NCBI GenBank assembly: GCA_038245785.1
Contig: JBBRSB010000005.1
Coordinates: 64,001-128,000, forward strand
Reading direction: 5' to 3'
Length of the DNA stretch: 64,000 bases
Origin: Gloeobacterales cyanobacterium
GTDB taxonomy: Bacteria; Cyanobacteriota; Cyanobacteriia; Gloeobacterales; PMM-0068
Of this stretch, positions 1 to 9,945 are shown one piece after another. A program made the position numbers and the translations under genes. Positions within the stretch are counted from its first letter, which is position 1. Each line of letters begins with the position of its first letter. The notes under the pieces were generated by a model that was given only the letters and a program-made list of their open reading frames with translations, had not been told where the DNA came from and did not search any database.

Positions 1-1834
1 GCAGCGATAGATTGGCCCCAAAATCCTCTCCGCAGATGCCACAGTGGGAGCATCCCTCAAACGAACAGTCTGGAACTACTGTAGTCGCCAAGGCCCGCGC
101 ATAGTCTGCCACCAGCCATGCTTTATCGATGCCCGTATCGATAAAATCCCAGGCAAGAATATCCTCTACGTTTGGAACAGGGCTATTCCAATCGAGTCCA
201 TGTTCGGCCAGCGCTTGAGACCAAGCTTTATAGACCTTTCCCACCCCGTCATACCAGGCGTCCATGCCTGCCCCTAATTCCCAGGCTCGTTGCACAATCG
301 GTGCAAATTCCCGTCCGGCTCGGCCCAGTACTTCTTCCATCGCAGAAAGCCGGACATCACTGTAGTTCACCCTGACGCCATTCATGCCGTGAAAAGCATC
401 TTTTAGGAGAGCCTGTTTATGCTCGAACGCTTCGGTGGACACATGATGCCACTGAAAAGGAGTATGCGGTTTGGGTGTGAAGTTGGAGATGGTCAATTGG
501 AAATACATCGGTCCTCGGCTGTTGCACTCCTTGCGTAACCAGCGAATAGTCTCGGCGATGCCGACCACATCTTCATCGGTTTCCGTTGGATGACCAATCA
601 TGAAGTACAGTTTGACCTGTTTCCAGCCATTTTCGTAAGCTGTCTTAATCCCTCGGAGCAGCTCAGGATCGGTAAGCCCTTTGTTAATCACGTCCCGTAG
701 ACGCTGGGTTCCTGCTTCGGGTGCAAAAGTGAGATTCGGTTTGCGGTCTGCTTGGCCAAAAACTTGAGCCAATTGGTCATCAAAGCGATCTACCCGCTGA
801 GAGGGCAAACTGACGGAGACTTCTTTGCCCGCCAAGGTTTCTTGGAGGCGTGTCCCGACATAAGGCAGCGAAAGATAATCGGAGCAACTGAGGGAAGACA
901 GAGAAAATTCGTTATAGCCTGTGGCTTCTAAGCCCTCTTCCATCGCCTGGATCAGCTCTTCGGGGTCCACATCACGGGCAGGACGGGTCAGCATCCCTGG
1001 TTGGCAAAAACGACAGCCTCGAGTACAGCCACGGCGCACTTCCATCACCAGTCGGTCATGGATCGTCGAGACATAGGGGACTAAGCCAATCGAGTAGCGG
1101 GGCATCGGGTCAGCTACCCGACGTAGGATTCTCTCTGGAATGCCCTGGACGAGCGGTTTCAAATTTCCTTGTTCATCCCGTGCATACAGGCTGGGTACAT
1201 AAACGCCTGGCACATGAGCTAAGTCCAAAAGCACTTCTGCACGGCTGAGACCCTGACTTTTTGCTTCTTCCAGGACCAAGCCGATCTCAGGCAAAACCTC
1301 TTCACCATCTCCCAGCACAAAGAAATCAAAGAAGGCACTATAAGGCTCTGGGTTTGAGGTGGCGGTCGGTCCGCCAGCAAAGACTAGAGGAATACTGTTT
1401 TCTTCAGCATCTCCTGCCCATTGAGCAGGTCGGTCTTGGGCGAGTAAAGGAATTTGGGCTAAATCCAGCATTTCCAGAACATTGGTTGCGCCCAATTCAT
1501 AGGCCAGGGAAATACCGATGACATCGAAGTCCTGGAGCGGTTTTCTAGATTCCACGGCAAATAGAGGAATCTTCTGCTGGCGAAGTTTTTGGCTAAAATC
1601 CGTAGCCGGAAGATAGGTCCGGTCACACAGTTGCCGAGGCTGAGTATTGAGGATGGTGTAGAGGATGATATGCCCCAGGTTAGAAGCACCCACCTCATAG
1701 ATTTCGGGGTAGCTCAAGACCCAGTGCACCTGTCTCGCCTCCCAAGGTTTGCGAAAAGCGCCCCACTCATTGCCCAAATAGCGAGCGGGCGTCTGAATAT
1801 CTGGAGTGATCAGGGGCGTAATATCGACAGGCAT
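1..1834 (-). CDS. B12-binding radical SAM protein (TIGR03960-like), 3' end runs off the window
   Basis: Not in the ORF track because it is open-ended. Manual translation from ATG 1834 gives MPVDITPLITPDIQTPARYLGNEWGA...YPEIYEVGASNLGHIILY; radical SAM motif RGCTRGCRFCQPG near 1000-1040. Confidence 0.9.
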   Translation of the reverse strand, partial: MPVDITPLITPDIQTPARYLGNEWGAFRKPWEARQVHWVLSYPEIYEVGASNLGHIILYTILNTQPRQLCDRTYLPATDFSQKLRQQKIPLFAVESRKPLQDFDVIGISLAYELGATNVLEMLDLAQIPLLAQDRPAQWAGDAEENSIPLVFAGGPTATSNPEPYSAFFDFFVLGDGEEVLPEIGLVLEEAKSQGLSRAEVLLDLAHVPGVYVPSLYARDEQGNLKPLVQGIPERILRRVADPMPRYSIGLVPYVSTIHDRLVMEVRRGCTRGCRFCQPGMLTRPARDVDPEELIQAMEEGLEATGYNEFSLSSLSCSDYLSLPYVGTRLQETLAGKEVSVSLPSQRVDRFDDQLAQVFGQADRKPNLTFAPEAGTQRLRDVINKGLTDPELLRGIKTAYENGWKQVKLYFMIGHPTETDEDVVGIAETIRWLRKECNSRGPMYFQLTISNFTPKPHTPFQWHHVSTEAFEHKQALLKDAFHGMNGVRVNYSDVRLSAMEEVLGRAGREFAPIVQRAWELGAGMDAWYDGVGKVYKAWSQALAEHGLDWNSPVPNVEDILAWDFIDTGIDKAWLVADYARALATTVVPDCSFEGCSHCGICGEDFGANLSL

Positions 1835-1904
1835 GGGAACAGCGTAGACAATCTATCTACTATGTACGCCATGAGGCGAAGGGTTCACAAGACTGCTATG
1901 TTCT

Positions 1905-2294
1905 TTAAAGCTTCTTAACGCCACATTTGGTTAACCCTTTGGACTTTTTTGCAAACCGCTCATCAAATGTACATAGCTCTGCACAGTGTTGACTATGAGA
2001 CAGATGAAGGGCATCCGCAAAATCTAAGCCATTCTCATGCCATTGAAGTACTTGAGCCATGGAGTTGTCATGAGCAAGGTACACGTTGGATAAACCAAAA
2101 AGATTTCTAAAGGCTAGAACGATTTCGGTGGGTTTGAACTTGTAAGCAAAACGTAGCACCCACTCAGTTTCTAGGACCACGGTATCTGCAATGAATATTT
2201 CCTGGGCTTTGAAAATCTCGACACTCTTTTGGAACTGTACGGCATCATCCTGGGTTAGCAGTCGGACAATAATATTGGTGTCAACTGCGATCAT
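1905..2294 (-). CDS. vapC: PIN-domain VapC-family toxin
   Basis: MIAVDTNIIVR...ETEWVL...DFADALH...TFD PIN motifs; overlaps the upstream antitoxin. Confidence 0.9.
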   Translation of the reverse strand: MIAVDTNIIVRLLTQDDAVQFQKSVEIFKAQEIFIADTVVLETEWVLRFAYKFKPTEIVLAFRNLFGLSNVYLAHDNSMAQVLQWHENGLDFADALHLSHSQHCAELCTFDERFAKKSKGLTKCGVKKL

Positions 2295-2544
2295 GCCATA
2301 GCTCCTCTACTCCTTGGCGAATCGCATCCTCCATATCCACAAGGCTTTTGGGCGGTCCTTGATACTTTAGACAACCTGCTACGTCCTCTAAGGTGGTCTC
2401 GGAAAATGGTTTTTTAGGCTTTAATAAGATGCCATCCCCCATATCAATCGCAACCAACTCCTGACCCACTTCCCAGTGATGAGCCGTACGTAGAGATTTA
2501 GGAATAATTACCTGCCCTTTACTCGACAATTTTGTGGTTTCCAT
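2281..2544 (-). CDS. AbrB/MazE/SpoVT-family antitoxin
   Basis: TKLSSKGQVIIPKSLR AbrB signature; directly upstream of and overlapping the PIN toxin. Confidence 0.9.
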   Translation of the reverse strand: METTKLSSKGQVIIPKSLRTAHHWEVGQELVAIDMGDGILLKPKKPFSETTLEDVAGCLKYQGPPKSLVDMEDAIRQGVEELWHDRS

Positions 2545-2707
2545 CAGGCTCCAAAGCCAACAAAGTAAGAAACATGTAAGAATTCTAGCATTTTCAAAAG
2601 AAGTAGGGAGAGCTGATAAGAACTCTTCGAAGCCTCAGTTCCTCTATGAGAGCATACAGTGGCTCCAGTCTTTCCTCGATGAAGCTCTGAGCCACTAAGG
2701 GCAAAAT

Positions 2708-2769
2708 TATTGCAACTATTCTCTACAATGCGTTGCTATTATGTGTATCTATTGAGAATTATATTTATT
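2708..2769 (+). promoter_or_regulatory. putative Fur boxes upstream of the multicopper oxidase
   Basis: TATTGCAACTATTCTCTAC (2708-2726) and ATTGAGAATTATATTTATT (2751-2769) resemble the cyanobacterial Fur consensus ATTGAGAATnATTCTCAAT; they precede iron-uptake genes. Confidence 0.55.
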
Positions 2770-2775
2770 TAGCCC

Positions 2776-3789
2776 GTGTTCCCCAAACCTTTTCAATTGA
2801 TTAATCGGCGAACATTACTTCAACTGGGACTTGCAGGGGTAGGGGTGACTGGAGCTGCGCTTGCCTTTAGACAGTTTACTGGGCAAAAGGCCGTTCAGAT
2901 CCCTCCTCTTCCCACCGATGCTCCTACGATTACAGGTCTAAATCCGCTGAAGATGCTGCGGGAGTTCGATTATGGGACGCTCAAGCAGGAAGGCGGAAAG
3001 ACGATCCGAGAATTTCAGATTACGGCGGGAACTTCCACGATTCAGTTAAACAGTGCGGTCTCTTTTGTGAGCTGGAACTTCAATGGCAGAGTTCCAGGGC
3101 CAACCCTGAGGGCTACGGAAGGGGACAGAATTCGGGTGGTGTTTTTCAATAAAGGGGGTCATGCTCATTCCATGCACTTTCACGGGATGCATCCAGCAGG
3201 TATGGATGGTCTAAAACCCATTCGCAATGGTACCGCCACCGTCTACGAATTCGATGCCGAGCCTTTTGGCGTGCATCTCTACCATTGCCATGTGGCTCCT
3301 GTTACCCGTCATGTGGGCAAGGGATTGTATGGCATGTTTATCATTGACCCGCCTGGAGGACGTCCCCCTGCCGATGAAATGGTCCTGATTATGGGTGGTT
3401 ATGACGTCAACGAAGACTTAAAGAATGAGTTTTATGCCTTCAATGCTTTGCCGGATTACTATATGCGTCATCCGATTCCAATCCAGCAGGACCAGCTGAT
3501 TCGGCTCTATTTGCTCAATATGATTGAACTAGACCCCGTAGTCACCTTTCATCTGCATGCCAATATGTTTCAGGTCTATCGGACAGGCCGCACGCTGAGC
3601 CCCACTGAAGAAACAGACGATATCACCATGGGCACTACTGAGCGGCACATTTTGGAGTTTAGTTACCGCTATCCAGGCATGTATATGTTTCATCCTCACC
3701 AGGACTACATCGCCGAACGGGGCTGCATGGGCTCTTTCCAGGTACTAGCGAAAGAGGGAAGTCCATCAACAGGGCACACCATGTCCTGA
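2776..3789 (+). CDS. Tat-exported two-domain multicopper oxidase
   Basis: Twin-arginine signal NRRTLLQ; copper motifs HSMHFH, YHCH...H, HLH, FHPH. Confidence 0.9.
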   Translation: MFPKPFQLINRRTLLQLGLAGVGVTGAALAFRQFTGQKAVQIPPLPTDAPTITGLNPLKMLREFDYGTLKQEGGKTIREFQITAGTSTIQLNSAVSFVSWNFNGRVPGPTLRATEGDRIRVVFFNKGGHAHSMHFHGMHPAGMDGLKPIRNGTATVYEFDAEPFGVHLYHCHVAPVTRHVGKGLYGMFIIDPPGGRPPADEMVLIMGGYDVNEDLKNEFYAFNALPDYYMRHPIPIQQDQLIRLYLLNMIELDPVVTFHLHANMFQVYRTGRTLSPTEETDDITMGTTERHILEFSYRYPGMYMFHPHQDYIAERGCMGSFQVLAKEGSPSTGHTMS

Positions 3790-3806
3790 ATGTAAGGCTA
3801 AAATTT

Positions 3807-3825
3807 GTTGACAACTATTCTCATT
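3807..3825 (+). promoter_or_regulatory. putative Fur box
   Basis: GTTGACAACTATTCTCATT, a close match to ATTGAGAATnATTCTCAAT; shares the core CAACTATTCTC with the site at 2713. Confidence 0.65.
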
Positions 3826-3902
3826 AGAAATAAAGTAATGAGGTCAGATTTTCAAAAGTAGATAGCTCTTTTGAAATGTGTGAGCAGCTTCTGGAGGTTG
3901 GT

Positions 3903-4898
3903 GTGCGGATTGTTAAATTCTTTTCAGTGTTGCTCTGTCTTTCAGCTCTGGCTGCCTGTGGAAATGACAGTTCTGTGGCGACTAAAGAAACTCCTAAGGC
4001 TGCGGCAGAGGCTACGACAGGAATGGGGGAAATGGGCACTAGCAAGAGCCCCAAAATCAACATTAACTCCGCCATCCTCTCAGAATTAGACAAATTTGAA
4101 GCCAAATTGGGGGTGGCCGGGCTATCGAATCGTATTCAGGCAGAGCGACCCTATGGTAGTCCCGAAGACTTAGTAGCGAAGAAGGTTGTCACTCAAGAAC
4201 AATTTGACCAAATTAAGGACATGGTGAGCATTGAGGATGTGGTGCTCACGGGTGAAGCCAAAGATGTTGATTACATGCTCAAACTGGGTTTAATGAAAGG
4301 ACACATGCTTGTCGCCAAAGAACTACTAGACCTCAAAAAACCTGACCAAGCCGAACCCCATATTGGGCATCCGGTCGAAGAAATTTATGTAGATGTAGAA
4401 GACCAACTTAATGAGCGCAAGGTTAAAGAGTTTAAAACGGTGCTCATTAACCTCCAGGAATTGATCAAATCTGCGCCCAATGATCCAAAAATGGCAGCAT
4501 CCTACAGCACAGCGATGACAGCTATCAATGATGCCATCAAGGCTCTTCCAGAAGCACAGCGCCAGTCTCCAGGATTTATAGTTCAGGTGATAGATAGTTT
4601 GCTCCAGGCGGCCAGTACGGAGTACACGGCTGCCATCGCCAATGGGAAGATTTCAGCGGCCATTGAGTATCAAGACTCTCGTGGTTTTGTGCTCTATGCC
4701 AATGAACTCTACAGAGGGGTTGCGCCACAGATGCTCAAGTCTAGTCCCGAAGCGCACAAAATCATGGAGGCTAGACTATCTCAGCTTTTAAAGGCATGGC
4801 CAACTGCCACCGCTCCCGCTACTCCTGTTCTAACTACCAAGGAGGTTTCTAAGCTAGTGCAAGATATACAGGCCGCTAAACAAAAGATGACGGCGTAA
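3903..4898 (+). CDS. lipoprotein with a helix-hairpin-helix-like domain and helical C-terminal domain, FTR1-associated
   Basis: GTG 3903 follows GGAGG (the track starts at 3876); lipobox LAAC; KININSA...RPYGSPEDLV HhH-like segment; His/Glu motifs GHML, HIGHPVEE, EYQD. Confidence 0.75.
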   Translation: MRIVKFFSVLLCLSALAACGNDSSVATKETPKAAAEATTGMGEMGTSKSPKININSAILSELDKFEAKLGVAGLSNRIQAERPYGSPEDLVAKKVVTQEQFDQIKDMVSIEDVVLTGEAKDVDYMLKLGLMKGHMLVAKELLDLKKPDQAEPHIGHPVEEIYVDVEDQLNERKVKEFKTVLINLQELIKSAPNDPKMAASYSTAMTAINDAIKALPEAQRQSPGFIVQVIDSLLQAASTEYTAAIANGKISAAIEYQDSRGFVLYANELYRGVAPQMLKSSPEAHKIMEARLSQLLKAWPTATAPATPVLTTKEVSKLVQDIQAAKQKMTA

Positions 4899-4927
4899 AT
4901 GCTTTTTCAGGATACTTGAGGATGTTC

Positions 4928-5917
4928 ATGAATTTTAGTGCTGCCTTACCCACTTTTGTGATTACGCTACGTGAAGGCGTAGAAGCTGCTCTAGTGGTAG
5001 GTATTGTCCTGGCCTATCTCAAGAAAGCAGGGCGTACCCAGCTTAATCCTTGGGTCGGAGCCGGCGTAGCGGTTGGGCTTGTGGCTAGTGTCCTCGTTGG
5101 TATCTTATTTAATGCTTTGATTCAAGGGTTAGGGTCCTCCGATAGTCGATATGCGCCTGTATTCGAACCTTTGTTAGAGGGGACTTTTAGTGTTCTAGCG
5201 ATTGTGATGTTGAGCTGGATGTTGGTTTGGATGACCCAGCAAGCCAAATTCCTTAAAGGACAAGTGGAAGGTGCGGTCGGAACAGTACTCCAAGATGGAC
5301 GCGCTGGTTGGGGAATCTTAGGGCTTATTCTATTTGCTGTCTTGCGAGAAGGCTTTGAAACCGTACTCTTTATCGCTGCCAAGTTTCAGCAAGGACCGAT
5401 GCCCGCACTAGGAGCAATCGCAGGCATAGGAGTCGCTTCTTTGATCGGGATGTTGCTCTTTAAGTGGGGCATCAAAATTAATATCCGTCTCTTTTTCCAA
5501 GTGATGGGTGTTTTTCTGATTTTGATCGTGTCTGGTTTGGTGATTACAGCCCTGAGCCATTTTGATAATGCTGTGCAGATCTTGTCTCAAATGGACCGTC
5601 AGTCTGCATCTCTGTGTTTTTATTACGAGCGTTTTTCTAGAAACCCTTCTTGTGTTTTAGGACCGATGGTCTGGAATGGAACCCATATCCTGCCTGATGA
5701 GAAATTTCCTGGCGTGGTGCTAAGTGCCCTATTCGGTTATTCCCAGAAGCTTTATTTGGTTCAAGCGCTAAGCTACATTGCATTTCTCATGAGCCTAGGA
5801 ATCATCTATTTCAAGAGTATTTCTGTCAAAGCGTTGAGTGCGCCTATAGGTAAGAACGAAAAAAACTTGAGAAATCCAAGTAAGAGTGCCGGGTTACAGG
5901 CTGAAGCCAGACGCTAA
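4928..5917 (+). CDS. FTR1/EfeU-family iron permease
   Basis: Two RExxE motifs (LREGVEA, LREGFET) and multiple TM helices; start could be 4916, 4922 or 4928. Confidence 0.92.
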   Translation: MNFSAALPTFVITLREGVEAALVVGIVLAYLKKAGRTQLNPWVGAGVAVGLVASVLVGILFNALIQGLGSSDSRYAPVFEPLLEGTFSVLAIVMLSWMLVWMTQQAKFLKGQVEGAVGTVLQDGRAGWGILGLILFAVLREGFETVLFIAAKFQQGPMPALGAIAGIGVASLIGMLLFKWGIKINIRLFFQVMGVFLILIVSGLVITALSHFDNAVQILSQMDRQSASLCFYYERFSRNPSCVLGPMVWNGTHILPDEKFPGVVLSALFGYSQKLYLVQALSYIAFLMSLGIIYFKSISVKALSAPIGKNEKNLRNPSKSAGLQAEARR

Positions 5918-6127
5918 CCGGGTTTTGGTTTGAGTTTTTGTTAGGTCTATTCCTAAAAGTTTGTCTTTTAACTAATTTCACTTCTTAAAAACTTATGTAC
6001 TGCTTTTTGTTGTTTTACGTAGGTTTACGTAGATAGGAGGCACAAAAGTTCTAAGATCGAGCTTGATAGGTCCTACACACAAATGGGGTACTAATACCTT
6101 AATCTGGTTGTTAGTAGAAGCTATGAG

Positions 6128-8653
6128 ATGACAAAGGTGAGACGCGGTAAGGGTGGCTTTTCACTGGTAATGACCCTCTTCATCGGAATCATTCTGACTG
6201 GGGCTTCCTTAGCCATTGTTTATCGGTCTTCGAATGAGGTGCAAATATCTACCGCTCAAAGCGGCTCTGTAAGTGCTTTAAATGCTGCTGAATCAGCGGG
6301 AGCTTCAGCCCTTCAAGAACTCCTCACCCGTGCCAACAGCGTGTCGTTTGCCAATGCGCTGAGCAGTGATAACTTTCTTCCCTATCTCTGTAAAAATACT
6401 CCAGACTGGGCACTCGTCGAAAAGGCCAGTGGAACCATGATTTCTGCTGCTTCTGTGGTGACGGAAGACTCCAGCAGTCCGTCTAGCAATTCCTCAAAAG
6501 ACTATCCGGCACAGACATTTGATCCTCTACTCTTAGCGACCAATCAGAATTTAAGTGCTGGAGGGATTACAGATCCTAAGGATCTGGGATTGGTTAATCT
6601 AACCCTGACTAGCTGTACCGGAAGCGAGCCGAATACAGCCAGTGGCGGAAAAGCATTCCTTCCAGGTTCGGCAGCCGGACCTGGCTTGACCTGGACTACT
6701 GCTCAAGTAGATCCTGGGCCAGGTCCAACGGCGGGTGGCCTTGAAATCAGCCGTGCGAAGAAGATTGGGAATGCAGGAAATAATGAAGTTTGGAGCAGAG
6801 CCGTCCTCAAAGATTTCAAACTGAATGTGGTAGAAGCCATTGCTGGAGCAGATCCGGCCAATGCCGCCACCTTTAATAAGCCGACCGGTGTATTTCGCCT
6901 AATCTATACCTTTAATATTGTGGCTGAAGGTACCATCCGCACTGCTGGCGGGGCGATTACGGGCCGCCAGATTATTCAAGCCCCCAATCTGCTTGTCATC
7001 GATATCAGACAAAAGACTCAAGGAAATTCAAGTTTTTCCCAGTACTCTTTCTTTATTGATGATTCAGATGTTTGCTATGGTACCAATCAAATCATTACGG
7101 GCAGAGCGCATGTGAATAAAGATATTTGCTTCTTCAATCCTGCGCCTGGTGAGACCAAGATAGAATTTACCGATGAATTTACTACTGCCCAATGTCAGTT
7201 TATAGGGAATTGCCCCTATGGCGTAGTCGGTCGCCCTAGAGCTGCTAACTTTTCAGGGGGAGCTAAGTTCAAAGAGCAAGGTATTGGCTATATTCAAAAA
7301 CCTGATATCGGGAACTATCAACTTAAAGCTGCACTTTTCGGACAGGCTAGCCCTTCTCTTAATCCTGAAAACGACACTTTAAAAAATTCAGAAATTCGCA
7401 CCCAAATTGGTATAAATTCATCTTCCACGCCTCCGCCTGTCGGGGTCTACTGGGTTAATCCCACGGATAAGGCAGCGAGCAATACAGACCCGACAACGTA
7501 TAGTAATTGGCTGGCTCAAGCTACCAATAAGGCTACGAATCCCAACAACATAGAAGACAATCTACTCCCTGGCATTTTTATTCAAGGCAATGTGGACTAT
7601 GTCAACATGTACGCAGCAAAGTCTAGTGGAAGCAATGACCCTGATCTGCAGATTATAGAAATTCAACAGATTACAGCAGGAGAGACTCGAAAGACCAGGT
7701 TTTCTTTGAATAAAGAGGCTAATACAACTGCTGTTGAAGTAGCTTCTGGAACGGGGACCTACGGTGCACCGATTAGCTATAACAAAACTTTTAATGGCAT
7801 TATTTTCATCGATGGTGATGTGGGAGATAATACAAAAGCCTGTTCTCCTAACAATAAAAATACTTGTCGCGGGGTGATTAGTATTTCTGGTAATGATTTG
7901 CCCACGGGGGTCACAGCCCCTGCGACTCTTTCTGTAGGTCCGCCCTCTAATCTTGATAGCATCAAGGACACGCCAACGATTCAAAAAGACTGGGGTATCA
8001 CGCTGGCAGTGAATGGAGATATAGCGATTCAAGATAATTTAGATTATCAGGTCGATCCAAGGGGGGCAGACCGTAAATTTGGCACAAACCCTTTTACGAA
8101 TAGCCATGATGATCCAGAGGTAGCAGAGGCGAAAAATGCCCTGGGTATCATTGCTTTTGACAAAAGACAATACAAGAATGAAGACGGCACGGTGGCCTCT
8201 CCTATCCAAGTAAACGGCACTATCTACTGGGGACAGGGCCTGAAAGATAATGTTCGACTGGGTAGAGATCCTGCTGACAGTAAGGACGTCGATGTTGTCA
8301 ATGTCCAAGCCTCTCTCTATGGCTACAGCGAAACTTTGAACTACGATAATGATCGCCTCGCTGAATATATACAGGTACTCGGTAGTGAGATTATGACGAA
8401 GGCCAAGGGAGATTACCGCTTTGGTTGCTCTTCCCGAATTACTCCACCGGGAGGGGCCACTTTCACTTCTGACTTTTGCAGTGGCAGTAAGGTGAAAATT
8501 ATTGGCGATAAGCGTTTTTCTAATGGTACCTATGCTCCACCCGGATTTCCCACCGTTGCCCAAACGATCACAGGTCCTTTTCCTTATGATGTAAAGGCTG
8601 CAGGTAAACAATCTATTGGTAAGGTCCGCTGGCAAACTCTTGAATATCAGTAA
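6128..8653 (+). CDS. large PilX/ComZ-like minor pilin (tip protein)
   Basis: Prepilin-like N-terminus RRGKGG|FSLVMTL lacking Glu5, followed by ALNAAESAG (PilX-N type); about 750-aa Gly/Asn/Thr-rich extracellular region with Cys pairs. Confidence 0.75.
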   Translation: MTKVRRGKGGFSLVMTLFIGIILTGASLAIVYRSSNEVQISTAQSGSVSALNAAESAGASALQELLTRANSVSFANALSSDNFLPYLCKNTPDWALVEKASGTMISAASVVTEDSSSPSSNSSKDYPAQTFDPLLLATNQNLSAGGITDPKDLGLVNLTLTSCTGSEPNTASGGKAFLPGSAAGPGLTWTTAQVDPGPGPTAGGLEISRAKKIGNAGNNEVWSRAVLKDFKLNVVEAIAGADPANAATFNKPTGVFRLIYTFNIVAEGTIRTAGGAITGRQIIQAPNLLVIDIRQKTQGNSSFSQYSFFIDDSDVCYGTNQIITGRAHVNKDICFFNPAPGETKIEFTDEFTTAQCQFIGNCPYGVVGRPRAANFSGGAKFKEQGIGYIQKPDIGNYQLKAALFGQASPSLNPENDTLKNSEIRTQIGINSSSTPPPVGVYWVNPTDKAASNTDPTTYSNWLAQATNKATNPNNIEDNLLPGIFIQGNVDYVNMYAAKSSGSNDPDLQIIEIQQITAGETRKTRFSLNKEANTTAVEVASGTGTYGAPISYNKTFNGIIFIDGDVGDNTKACSPNNKNTCRGVISISGNDLPTGVTAPATLSVGPPSNLDSIKDTPTIQKDWGITLAVNGDIAIQDNLDYQVDPRGADRKFGTNPFTNSHDDPEVAEAKNALGIIAFDKRQYKNEDGTVASPIQVNGTIYWGQGLKDNVRLGRDPADSKDVDVVNVQASLYGYSETLNYDNDRLAEYIQVLGSEIMTKAKGDYRFGCSSRITPPGGATFTSDFCSGSKVKIIGDKRFSNGTYAPPGFPTVAQTITGPFPYDVKAAGKQSIGKVRWQTLEYQ

Positions 8654-9414
8654 TGGATGCGATGAACGGTTTTAGCTTATCTATCCCCAAGCGACAGGTT
8701 AAAGGCTTAACACTGATTGAAGTGCTTGTCTCGATCGCCTTTGCTGCTATCCTTTTATCCGCTCTATCGGTCCCCCTAGCGATTGGCCTTATTAATCGCA
8801 TTCAGGGGAGAAAACTTACAGAAGCAACCAATTTGGCGCAGACTCAGATGGAAGCTATCCGTGCGAGTTGGTCAGTACCCACTGCTGTGAGCGCAAGTAC
8901 AGCAATGCTAACGATAGGACAGCAGAATTTTGATAACAATAGAATCAATATTCCCTGGAATACCTTGAATGCTATCCAAACCTGTCCTCCAACTCCCGTA
9001 GGCGAAAAAACGATCTATGCAGCTACCAACAAAGACTTAAACTATAGCGATGCCACCAAAAGCCCCAAGTTGCTGACAGACCCCTCCTTAGTCGCACCCA
9101 ATAATGTCAATATTCCTAGTGTGGTCAAAGCGATTGAGATTGATGCTGATGGGAAGCCTGATCTGAACGGAAAATGCACTCAGGACTATTGGGGACAAAT
9201 CATGTTTGGCAATGCGCCTGATGATAATACGGGCGTAGCACTCAAAGACACGAAGCGCATTGTAGTCCGCATTTTTACCTTGGAAGAAGACCCAAAAACG
9301 CTTAATATTGCGCTTGCTCCTACTGCTAAACTCACTACCTATAGTCTCAATCCAAACCAACAAAATTTGGGTTTGCCTTTAGTCGTACTTATTTCTGATA
9401 TTCCCCGTCCCTAG
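8653..9414 (+). CDS. PilV-like minor type IV pilin
   Basis: Class III signal KG|LTLIEVLVSIAF; A..LAQ.QME.IR helix. Confidence 0.8.
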   Translation: MDAMNGFSLSIPKRQVKGLTLIEVLVSIAFAAILLSALSVPLAIGLINRIQGRKLTEATNLAQTQMEAIRASWSVPTAVSASTAMLTIGQQNFDNNRINIPWNTLNAIQTCPPTPVGEKTIYAATNKDLNYSDATKSPKLLTDPSLVAPNNVNIPSVVKAIEIDADGKPDLNGKCTQDYWGQIMFGNAPDDNTGVALKDTKRIVVRIFTLEEDPKTLNIALAPTAKLTTYSLNPNQQNLGLPLVVLISDIPRP

Positions 9415-9424
9415 AGAAATTCCC

Positions 9425-9931
9425 ATGCACCGCCAGCGTAGTGGTTTTACCTTAACAGAGATGCTCGTTACTATTTCGATGGTAGGAATTTTAGCAGCGA
9501 TTAGCACAGCGTCTCTTCAGCCTTTACTCCAAAGACAAAGACTTGCCCAAGCTGCTCAACAGGTTGAACAAGCAATCCGCAAAACACAGCAAACAGCGGT
9601 TACACGCGCTCAGCAGATTTATATCGAATTTGATAACGACTCCTACACGCTTGGCTCTGGAAACCCTTGCACAGTGCCACGGAGTATTCTAGCGACAGAG
9701 CGTCTTCCTGTTCAAATACAGATAAATTTGGCGATGCCCGGAGGTAGCACGCTCAATACAGGCGGTTGTCCTCCTGCCCTAAAGCCTCTGGTCCTCTTTG
9801 ATTTTCAGGGTATGGCGAGAATGAATGATGCTGGTAAATTTGTTCGCTTAAATAGTTCATCTCTGACAGACATTAATTATGACGTTTACATCTTGAGTAT
9901 TTTGGGTGATGTGGGTACTGCAAAACCATAG
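9425..9931 (+). CDS. FimT/FimU (GspH)-like minor pilin
   Basis: RSG|FTLTEMLVTISMVGIL; C-terminal FDFQG...V.ILS.LG.V. Confidence 0.85.
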   Translation: MHRQRSGFTLTEMLVTISMVGILAAISTASLQPLLQRQRLAQAAQQVEQAIRKTQQTAVTRAQQIYIEFDNDSYTLGSGNPCTVPRSILATERLPVQIQINLAMPGGSTLNTGGCPPALKPLVLFDFQGMARMNDAGKFVRLNSSSLTDINYDVYILSILGDVGTAKP

Positions 9932-9945
9932 GATTTCAAACCATC

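Noticed and set aside
44..1918. Short plus- and minus-strand ORFs listed in the track
   Set aside because: They are shadows of the long minus-strand radical SAM gene that runs off the window.
2658..2697. Riboswitch upstream of the multicopper oxidase (AGTGGCTC...GAGCCACT hairpin)
   Set aside because: A single stem located upstream of the likely promoter and Fur boxes, with no recognisable aptamer consensus.
7562..8635. Long antisense ORFs (156 and 198 aa) within the PilX-like gene
   Set aside because: No recognisable motifs; typical antisense shadows of a real gene, as is the 200-aa ORF opposite atpI.
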